A stretch of 64,000 nt of DNA from the human T2T-CHM13v2.0 reference genome, Homo sapiens, in NCBI RefSeq assembly GCF_009914755.1, contig NC_060935.1; one strand, 5' to 3'. The notes under the pieces were generated by a model. It had not been told where the DNA came from and ran no database searches. It saw only the letters and a list, made by a program, of their open reading frames with translations. Below, piece after piece: positions 12,901 through 24,500 of this stretch. Both the position numbers and the translations under genes were made by a program. Every line of letters begins with the position of its first letter. The stretch's first letter is position 1.

Positions 12901-15900
12901 GTGGATATTTGGACCACTTTGTGGCCTTCCTTCGAAACGGGTATATCTTCACATCAAACCTAGACAGAAGCATTCTCAGAATGTTTCCTGTGATGACTGC
13001 ATTCAACACACAGAGATGAACAATCCTGCTGATGGAGCAGTTTTGAAACTCTCTTTCTTTGGATTTTGCAAGTGGATATGTGGACCTCTGTGAGGATTTC
13101 GTTGGAAACGGGTTCATCTTCACAGAAAAACTAAACAGAAGCATTCTCAGAAACTGCTTTGTGATGGTTGTGTTCCACTTCAAGAATTGAACTTTCCTCT
13201 TGACAGAGCAGCTCTGAAACCCTCTTTTTCTAGAATCTGCAAGTGGACATTTGGAGGGCTTTGAGGCCTGTGGTGGAAAAGGAAAATCTTCACATAAAAC
13301 CTAGATGGAAGCATTCTCAGAAACTACTTTGTGATGATTGCATTCGACTCACAGAGTTGAACATTCCTATAGATAGAGCAGGTTGTAAACAATCTTTTTG
13401 TAGAATCTGCGATTGGAGATTTGGACTGCTTTGAGGCCTACTGTAGTAAAGGAAAGAACTTCATCTAAAAACCAAACGGAAGCATTCACAGCCAATTCTT
13501 AGTGATCATTGGATTGAACTAACAGAGCTGAACATTCCTTTAGATGGCGCAGTTTAAAAACACACTTTCTGTAGAATCTGCAAGTGGATATTTGGACCTC
13601 TCTGAGGATATCGTTGGAAACGGGATAAAATTCCCAGAACTACACGGAAGCATTCTGAGAAACTTCTTTGTGATGTTTGCATTCAACTCACAGAGTTGAA
13701 CCTTGCTTTCATAGTTCAGCTTTCAAACACTCTTTTTGTAGAATCTGCAAGTGGATATTTGGACCACTTTGTGGCCTTCCTTCGAAACGGGTATATCTTC
13801 ACATCAAACCTAGACAGAAGCATTCTCAGAATGTTTCCTGTGATGACTGCATTCAACTCACAGAGGTGAACAATCCTGCTGATGGAGCAGTTTTGAAACT
13901 CTCTTTCTTTGGATTCTGCAAGTGGATATGTGGACCTCTGTGAAGATTTCGTTGGAAACGGGTTCATCTTCACAGAAATACTAAACAGGAGCATTCTCAG
14001 AAACTGCTTTGTGATGTTTGTGTTCCACTTCAGGAATTGAACTTTCCTCTTGACAGAGCAGCTCTGAAACCCTCTTCTTCTAGAATCTGCAAGTGGACAT
14101 TTGGAGGGCTTTGAGTCCTGTGGTGGAAAAGGAAAATCTTCACATAAAAACTAGATGGAAGCATTCTCAGAAACTACTTTGTGATGATTGCATTCGACTC
14201 ACAGAGTTGAACATTCCTATAGATAGAGCAGGTTGTAAACAATCTTTTTGTAGAATCTGCGATTGGAGATTTGGACTGCTTTGAGGCCTACTGTAGTAAA
14301 GGAAATAACTTCATCTAAAAACCAAACGGAAGCATTCACAGACAATTCTTAGTGATCATTGGATTGAACTAACAGAGCTGAACATTCTTTTAGATGGCGC
14401 AGTTTCCAAACACACTTTCTGTAGAATCTGCAAGTGGATATTTGGACCTCTGTGAGGATTTCGTTGGAAACGGGATATACTTCCCAGAACTACACGGAAG
14501 CATTCTGAGAAACTTCTTTGTGATGTTTGCATTCAACTCACAGAGTTGAACCTTGCTTTCATAGTTCAGCTTTCAAACACTCTTTTTGTAGAATCTGCAA
14601 GTGGATATTTGGACCACTTTGTGGCCTTCCTTCGAAACGGGTATATCTTCACATCAAAGCTAGACAGAAGCATTCTCAGAATGTTTCCTGTGATGACTGC
14701 ATTCAACTCACAGAGGTGAACAATCCTGCTGATGGAGCAGTTTTGAAACTCTCTTTCTTTGGATTCTGCAAGTGGATATGTGGACCTCTGTGAAGATTTC
14801 GTTGGAAAAGTGTTCATCTTCACAGAAAAACTAAACAGGAGCATTCTCAGAAACTGCTTTGTGATGTTTGTGTTCCACTTCAGGAATTGAACTTTCCTCT
14901 TGACAGAGCAGCTCTGAAACCCTCTTTTTCTAGAATCTGCAAGTGGACATTTGGAGGGCTTTGAGGCCTGTGGTGGAAAACGAAAATCTTCACATAAAAA
15001 CTAGATGGAAGCATTCTCAGAAACTACTTTGTGATGATTGCATTCGACTCACAGAGTTGAACATTCCTATAGAGAGAGCAGGTTGTAAACAATCTTTTTG
15101 TAGAATCTGAGATTGGAGATTTGGACTGCTTTGAGGCCTACTGTAGTAAAGGAAATAACTTCATTTAAAAACCAAACGGAAGCATTCACAGACAATTCTT
15201 AGTGATCATTGGATTGAACTAACAGAGCTGAACATTCCTTTAGATGGCGCAGTTTCCAAACACACTTTCTGTAGAATCTGCAAGTGGATATTTGGACCTC
15301 TCTGAGGATTTCGTTGGAAACGGGATAAACTTCCCAGAACTACACGGAAGCATTCTGAGAAACTTCTTTGTGATGTTTGCATTCAACTCACAGAGTTGAA
15401 CCTTGCTTTCATAGTTCAGCTTTCAAACACTCTTTTTGTAGAATCTGCAAGTAGATATTTGGACCACTTTGTGGCCTTCCTTCGAAACGGGTATATCTTC
15501 ACATCAAACCTAGACAGAAGCATTCTCAGAATGTTTCCTGTGATGACTGCATTCAACTCACAGAGGTGAACAATCCTGTTGATGGAGCAGTTTTGAAACT
15601 CTCTTTCTTTGGATTCTGCATGTGGATATGTGGACCTCTGTGAAGATTTCGTTGGAAACGGGTTCATCTTCACAGAAAAACTAAACAGGAGCATTCTCAG
15701 AAACTGCTTTGTGATGTTTGTGTTCCACTTCAGGAATTGAACTTTCCTCTTGACAGAGTAGCTCTGAAACCCTCTTTTTCTAGAATCTGCAAGTGGACAT
15801 TTGGAGGGCGTTGAGGCCTGTGGTGGAAAAGGAAAATCTTCACATAAAAACTAGATGGAAGCATTCTCAGAAACTACTTTGTGATGATTGCATTCGACTC

Positions 15901-17699
15901 ACAGAGTTGAACATTCCTATAGATAGAGCAGGTTGTAAACAATCTTTTTGTAGAATCTGCGATTGGAGATTTGGACTGCTTTGAGGCCTACTGTAGTAAA
16001 GGAAAGAACTTCATCTAAAAACCAAACGGAAGCATTCACAGACAATTTTTAGTGATGATTTGATTGAACTAACCGAGCTGAACATTCCTTTAGATGGAGC
16101 AGTTTCCAAACACACTTTCTGTAGAATCTGCAAGTGGACATTTGGACCTCTCTGAGGGTTTCGTTGGAAACGGGATAAACTTCCCAGAACTACACGGAAG
16201 CATTCTGAGAAACTTCTTTGTGATGTTTGCATTCAACTCACAGAGTTGAACCTTGCTTTCATAATTCAGCTTTCAAACACTCTTTTTGTAGAATCTGCAA
16301 GTGGATATTCGGACCACTTTGTGGCCTTCCTTCGAAACGGGTATATCTTCACATCAAACCTAGACAGAAGCATTCTCAGAATGTTTCCTGTGATGACTGC
16401 ATTCAACTCACAGAGGTGAACAATCCTGTTGATGGAGCAGTTTTGAAACTCTCTTTCTTTGGATTCTGCAAGTGGATATGTGGACCTCTGTGAAGATTTC
16501 GTTGGAAACGGGTTCATCTTCACAGAAAAACTAAACAGGAGCATTCTCAGAAACTGCTTTGTGATGTTTGTGTTCCACTTCAAGAATTGAACTTTCCTCT
16601 TGACAGAGCAGCTCTGAAACCCTCTTTTTCTAGAATCTGCAAGTGGACATTTGGAGGGCTTTGAGGCCTGTGGTGGAAAAGGAAAATCTTCACATAAAAA
16701 CTAGATGGAAGCATTCTCAGAAACTACTTTGTGATGATTGCATTCGACCCACAGAGTTGAACATTCCTATAGATAGAGCAGGTTGTAAAGAATCTTTTTG
16801 TAGAATCTGCGATTGGAGATTTGCACTGCTTTGAGGCCTACTGTAGTAAAGGAAATAACTTCATCTAAAAACCAAACGGAAGCATTCAGAGACAATTCTT
16901 AGTGATCATTGGATTGAACTAACAGAGCTGAACATGCCTTTAGATGGCGCAGTTTCCAAACACACTTTCTGTAGAATCTGCAAGTGGATATTTGGACCTC
17001 TCTGAGGATTTCGTTGGAAACGGGATAAACTTCCCAGAACTACACGGAAGCATTCTGAGAAACTTCTTTGTGATGTTTGCATTCAACTCACAGAGTTGAA
17101 CCTTGCTTTCATAGTTCAGCTTTCAAACACTCTTTTTGTAGAATCTGCAAGTGGATATTTGGACCACTTTGTGGCCTTCCTTCGAAACGGGTATATCTTC
17201 ACATCAAACCTAGACAGAAGCATTCTCAGAATGTTTCCTGTGATGACTGCATTCAACTCACAGAGGTGAACAATCCTGTTGATGGAGCAGTTTTGAAACT
17301 GTCTTTCTTTGGATTCTGCAAGTGGATATGTGGACCTCTGTGAAGATTTCGTTGGAAACGGGTTCATCTTCACAGAAAAACTAAACAGGAGCATTCTCAG
17401 AAACTGCTTTGTGATGTTTGTGTTCCACTTCAGGAATTGAACTTTCCTCTTGACAGAGCAGCTCTGAAACCCTCTTTTTCTAGAATCTGCAAGTGGACAT
17501 TTGGAGGGCTTTGAGTCCTGTGGTGGAAAAGGAAAACCTTCACATAAAAACTAGATGGAAGCATTCTCAGAAACTACTTTGTGATGATTGCATTCGACTC
17601 ACGGAGTTGAACATTCCTATAGATAGAGCAGGTTGTAAACAATCTTTTTGTAGAATCTGCGATTGGAGATTTGGACTGCTTTGAGGCCTACTGTAGTAA

Positions 17700-20600
17700 A
17701 GGAAATAACTTCATCTAAAAACCAAACGGAAGCATTCACAGACAATTCTTAGTGATCATTGGATTGAACTAACAGAGCTGAACATTCCTTTAGATGGAGC
17801 AGTTTCCAAACACACTTTCTGTAGAATCTGCAAGTGGACATTTGGACCTCTCTGAGGATTTCGTTGGAAACGGGATAAACTTCCCAGAACTACACGGAAG
17901 CATTCTGAGAAACTTCTTTGTGATGTTTGCATTCAACTCACAGAGTTGAACCTTGCTTTCATAGTTCAGCTTTCAAACACTCTTTTTGTAGAATCTGCAA
18001 GTGGATATTTGGACCACTTTGTGGCCTTCCTTCGAAACGGGTATATCTTCACATCAAACCTAGACAGAAGCATTCTCAGAATGTTTCCTGTGATGACTGC
18101 ATTCAACTCACAGAGGTGAACAATCCTGCTGATGGAGCAGTTTTGAAACTCTCTTTCTTTGGATTCTGCAAGTGGATATGTGGACCTCTGTGAAGATTTC
18201 GTTGGAAACGGGTTCATCTTCACAGAAAAACTAAACAGGAGCATTCTCAGAAACTGCTTTGTGATGTTTGTGTTCCACTTCAGGAATTGAACTTTCCTCT
18301 TGACAGAGCAGCTCTGAAACCCTCTTTTCTAGAATCTGCAAGTGGACATTTGGAGGGCTTTGAGGCCTGTGGTGGAAAAGGAAAATCTTCACATAAAAAC
18401 TAGATGGAAGCATTCTCAGAAACTACTTTGTGATGATTGCATTCGACTCACAGAGTTGAACATTCCTATAGATAGAGCAGGTTGTAAACAATCTTTTCGT
18501 AGAATCTGCGATTGGAGATTTGGACTGCTTTGAGGCCTACTGTAGTAAAGGAAATAACTTCATCTAAAAACCAAACGGAAGCATTCACAGACAATTCTTA
18601 GTGATCATTGGATTGAACTAACAGAGCTGAACATTCCTTTAGATGGAGCAGTTTCCAAACACACTTTCTGTAGAATCTGCCAGTGGATATTTTGACCTCT
18701 CTGAGGGTTTCGTTGGAAAAGGGATAAACTTCCCAAAACTACACGGAAGCATTCTGAGAAACTTCTTTGTGATGTTTGCATTCAACTCACAGGGTTGAAA
18801 CTTGCTTTCATAGTTCAGCTTTCAAACACTCTTTTTGTAGAATCTGCAAGTGGATATTTGGACCACTTTGTGGCCTTCCTTCGAAACGGGTATATCTTCA
18901 CATCAAACCTAGACAGAAGCATTCTCAGAATGTTTCCTGTGATGACTGCATTCAACTCTCAGAGGTGAACAATCCTGTTGATGGAGCAGTTTTGAAACTC
19001 TCTTTCTTTGGATTCTGCAAGTGGATATGTGGACCTCTGTGAACATTTCGTTGGAAACGGGTTCATCTTCACAGAAAAACTAAACAGGAGCATTCTCAGA
19101 AACTGCTTTGTGATGTTTGTGTTCCACTTCAGGAATTGAACTTTCCTCTTGACAGAGCAGCTCTGAAACCCTCTTTTTCTAGAATCTGCAAGTGGACATT
19201 TGGAGGGCTTTGAGGCCTGTGGTGGAAAAGGAAAATCTTCACATAAAAACTAGATGGAATCATTCTCAGAAACTACTTTGTGATGATTGCATTCGACTCA
19301 CAGAGTTGAACATTCCTATAGATAGAGCAGGTTGTAAACAATCTTTTTGTAGAATCTGCGATTGGAGATTTGGACTGCTTTGAGGCCTACTGTAGTAAAG
19401 GAAAGAACTTCATCTAAAAACCAAACGGAAGCATTCACAGACAATTCTTAGTGATCATTGGATTGAACTAACAGAGCTGAACATTCCTTTAGATGGAGCA
19501 GTTTCCAAACACACTTTCTGTAGAATCTGCAAGTGGATATTTGGACCTCTCTGAGGATTTCGTTGGAAACGGGATAAACTTCCCAGAACTACACGGAAGC
19601 ATTCTGAGAATGTTCTTTGTGATGTTTGCATTCAACTCACAGAGTTGAACATGGCTTTCATATTTCAGCTTTCAAACACTCTTTTTGTAGAATCTGCAAG
19701 TGGATATTTGGACCACTTTGTGGCCTTCCTTCGAAACGGGTATATCTTCACATCAAACCTAGACAGAAGCATTCTCAGAATGTTTCCTGTGATGACTGCA
19801 TTCAACTCACAGAGGTGAAAAATCCTGTTGATGGAGCAGTTTTGAAACTCTCTTTCTTTGGATTCTGCAAGTGGATATGTGGACCTCTGTGAAGATTTCG
19901 TTGGAAACGGGTTCATCTTCACAGAAAAACTAAACAGGAGCATTCTCAGAAACTGCTTTGTGATGTTTGTGTTCCACTTCAAGAATTGAACTTTCCTCTT
20001 GACAGAGCAGCTCTGAAACCCTCTTTTTCTAGAATCTGCAAGTGGACATTTGGAGGGCTTTGAGGCCTGTGGTGGAAAAGGAAAATCTTCACATAAAAAC
20101 TAGATGGAAGCATTCTCAGAAACTACTTTGTGATGATTGCATTCGACTCACAGAGTTGAACATTCCTATAGATAGAGCAGGTTGTAAACAATCTTTTTGT
20201 AGAATCTGCGATTGGAGATTTGGACTGCTTTGAGGCCTACTGTAGTAAAGGAAATAACTTCATCTAAAAACCAAACGGAAGCATTCACAGACAATTCTTA
20301 GTGATCATTGGATTGAACTAACAGAGCTGAACATTCCTTTAGATGGCGCAGTTTCCAAACACACTTTCTGTAGAATCTGCAAGTGGATATTTGGACCTCT
20401 GTGAGGATTTCGTTGGAAACGGGATATACTTCCCAGAACTACACGGAAGCATTCTGAGAAAATTCTTTGTGATGTTTGCATTCAACTCACAGAGTTGAAC
20501 CTTGCTTTCATAGTTCAGCTTTCAAACACTCTTTTTGTAGAATCTGCAAGTGGATATTTGGACCACTTTGTGGCCTTCCTTCGAAACGGGTATATCTTCA

Positions 20601-23600
20601 CATCAAAGCTAGACAGAAGCATTCTCAGAATGTTTCCTGTGATGACTGCATTCAACTCACAGAGGTGAACAATCCTGCTGATGGAGCAGTTTTGAAACTC
20701 TCTTTCTTTGGATTCTGCAAGTGGATATGTGGACCTCTGTGAAGATTTCGTTGGAAAAGTGTTCATCTTCACAGAAAAACTAAACAGGAGCATTCTCAGA
20801 AACTGCTTTGTGATGTTTGTGTTCCACTTCAGGAATTGAACTTTCCTCTTGACAGAGCAGCTCTGAAACCCTCTTTTTCTAGAATCTGCAAGTGGACATT
20901 TGGAGGGCTTTGAGGCCTGTGGTGGAAAACGAAAATCTTCACATAAAAACTAGATGGAAGCATTCTCAGAAACTACTTTGTGATGATTGCATTCGACTCA
21001 CAGAGTTGAACATTCCTATAGAGAGAGCAGGTTGTAAACAATCTTTTTGTAGAATCTGAGATTGGAGATTTGGACTGCTTTGAGGCCTACTGTAGTAAAG
21101 GAAATAACTTCATCTAAAAACCAAACGGAAGCATTCACAGACAATTCTTAGTGATCATTGGATTGAACTAACAGAGCTGAACATTCCTTTAGATGGAGCA
21201 GTTTCCAAACACACTTTCTGTAGAATCTGCAAGTGGACATTTGGACCTCTCTGAGGATTTCGTTGGAAACGGGATAAACTTCCCAGAACTACACGGAAGC
21301 ATTCTGAGAAACTTCTTTGTGATGTTTGCATTCAACTCACAGAGTTGAACCTTGCTTTCATAGTTCAGCTTTCAAACACTCTTTTTGTAGAATCTGCAAG
21401 TGGATATTTGGACCACTTTGTGGCCTTCCTTCGAAACGGGTATATCTTCACATCAAACCTAGACAGAAGCATTCTCAGAATGTTTCCTGTGATGACTGCA
21501 TTCAACTCACAGAGGTGAACAATCCTGCTGATGGAGCAGTTTTGAAACTCTCTTTCTTTGGATTCTGCAAGTGGATATGTGGACCTCTGTGAAGATTTCG
21601 TTGGAAACGGGTTCATCTTCACAGAAAAACTAAACAGGAGCATTCTCAGAAACTGCTTTGTGATGTTTGTGTTCCACTTCAGGAATTGAACTTTCCTCTT
21701 GACAGAGCAGCTCTGAAACCCTCTTTTCTAGAATCTGCAAGTGGACATTTGGAGGGCTTTGAGGCCTGTGGTGGAAAAGGAAAATCTTCACATAAAAACT
21801 AGATGGAAGCATTCTCAGAAACTACTTTGTGATGATTGCATTCGACTCACAGAGTTGAACATTCCTATAGATAGAGCAGGTTGTAAACAATCTTTTCGTA
21901 GAATCTGCGATTGGAGATTTGGACTGCTTTGAGGCCTACTGTAGTAAAGGAAATAACTTCATCTAAAAACCAAACGGAAGCATTCACAGACAATTCTTAG
22001 TGATCATTGGATTGAACTAACAGAGCTGAACATTCCTTTAGATGGAGCAGTTTCCAAACACACTTTCTGTAGAATCTGCCAGTGGATATTTTGACCTCTC
22101 TGAGGGTTTCGTTGGAAAAGGGATAAACTTCCCAAAACTACACGGAAGCATTCTGAGAAACTTCTTTGTGATGTTTGCATTCAACTCACAGGGTTGAAAC
22201 TTGCTTTCATAGTTCAGCTTTCAAACACTCTTTTTGTAGAATCTGCAAGTGGATATTTGGACCACTTTGTGGCCTTCCTTCGAAACGGGTATATCTTCAC
22301 ATCAAACCTAGACAGAAGCATTCTCAGAATGTTTCCTGTGATGACTGCATTCAACTCTCAGAGGTGAACAATCCTGTTGATGGAGCAGTTTTGAAACTCT
22401 CTTTCTTTGGATTCTGCAAGTGGATATGTGGACCTCTGTGAACATTTCGTTGGAAACGGGTTCATCTTCACAGAAAAACTAAACAGGAGCATTCTCAGAA
22501 ACTGCTTTGTGATGTTTGTGTTCCACTTCAGGAATTGAACTTTCCTCTTGACAGAGCAGCTCTGAAACCCTCTTTTTCTAGAATCTGCAAGTGGACATTT
22601 GGAGGGCTTTGAGGCCTGTGGTGGAAAAGGAAAATCTTCACATAAAAACTAGATGGAATCATTCTCAGAAACTACTTTGTGATGATTGCATTCGACTCAC
22701 AGAGTTGAACATTCCTATAGATAGAGCAGGTTGTAAACAATCTTTTTGTAGAATCTGCGATTGGAGATTTGGACTGCTTTGAGGCCTACTGTAGTAAAGG
22801 AAAGAACTTCATCTAAAAACCAAACGGAAGCATTCACAGACAATTCTTAGTGATCATTGGATTGAACTAACAGAGCTGAACATTCCTTTAGATGGAGCAG
22901 TTTCCAAACACACTTTCTGTAGAATCTGCAAGTGGATATTTGGACCTCTCTGAGGATTTCGTTGGAAACGGGATAAACTTCCCAGAACTACACGGAAGCA
23001 TTCTGAGAATGTTCTTTGTGATGTTTGCATTCAACTCACAGAGTTGAACATGGCTTTCATATTTCAGCTTTCAAACACTCTTTTTGTAGAATCTGCAAGT
23101 GGATATTTGGACCACTTTGTGGCCTTCCTTCGAAACGGGTATATCTTCACATCAAACCTAGACAGAAGCATTCTCAGAATGTTTCCTGTGATGACTGCAT
23201 TCAACTCACAGAGGTGAAAAATCCTGTTGATGGAGCAGTTTTGAAACTCTCTTTCTTTGGATTCTGCAAGTGGATATGTGGACCTCTGTGAAGATTTCGT
23301 TGGAAACGGGTTCATCTTCACAGAAAAACTAAACAGGAGCATTCTCAGAAACTGCTTTGTGATGTTTGTGTTCCACTTCAAGAATTGAACTTTCCTCTTG
23401 ACAGAGCAGCTCTGAAACCCTCTTTTTCTAGAATCTGCAAGTGGACATTTGGAGGGCTTTGAGGCCTGTGGTGGAAAAGGAAAATCTTCACATAAAAACT
23501 AGATGGAAGCATTCTCAGAAACTACTTTGTGATGATTGCATTCGACTCACAGAGTTGAACATTCCTATAGATAGAGCAGGTTGTAAACAATCTTTTTGTA

Positions 23601-24500
23601 GAATCTGCGATTGGAGATTTGGACTGCTTTGAGGCCTACTGTAGTAAAGGAAATAACTTCATCTAAAAACCAAACGGAAGCATTCACAGACAATTCTTAG
23701 TGATCATTGGATTGAACTAACAGAGCTGAACATTCCTTTAGATGGCGCAGTTTCCAAACACACTTTCTGTAGAATCTGCAAGTGGATATTTGGACCTCTG
23801 TGAGGATTTCGTTGGAAACGGGATATACTTCCCAGAACTACACGGAAGCATTCTGAGAAAATTCTTTGTGATGTTTGCATTCAACTCACAGAGTTGAACC
23901 TTGCTTTCATAGTTCAGCTTTCAAACACTCTTTTTGTAGAATCTGCAAGTGGATATTTGGACCACTTTGTGGCCTTCCTTCGAAACGGGTATATCTTCAC
24001 ATCAAAGCTAGACAGAAGCATTCTCAGAATGTTTCCTGTGATGACTGCATTCAACTCACAGAGGTGAACAATCCTGCTGATGGAGCAGTTTTGAAACTCT
24101 CTTTCTTTGGATTCTGCAAGTGGATATGTGGACCTCTGTGAAGATTTCGTTGGAAAAGTGTTCATCTTCACAGAAAAACTAAACAGGAGCATTCTCAGAA
24201 ACTGCTTTGTGATGTTTGTGTTCCACTTCAGGAATTGAACTTTCCTCTTGACAGAGCAGCTCTGAAACCCTCTTTTTCTAGAATCTGCAAGTGGACATTT
24301 GGAGGGCTTTGAGGCCTGTGGTGGAAAACGAAAATCTTCACATAAAAACTAGATGGAAGCATTCTCAGAAACTACTTTGTGATGATTGCATTCGACTCAC
24401 AGAGTTGAACATTCCTATAGAGAGAGCAGGTTGTAAACAATCTTTTTGTAGAATCTGAGATTGGAGATTTGGACTGCTTTGAGGCCTACTGTAGTAAAGG
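17700..24500 (+). repeat. Tandem duplication of a 4-HOR block (period 3399 bp)
   Basis: ORF-track variants repeat at +3399 (17927/21326, 18776/22175, 19626/23025, 20476/23875), including the 1-bp deletion and AAAATTC ~20462/23861. Confidence 0.93.
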
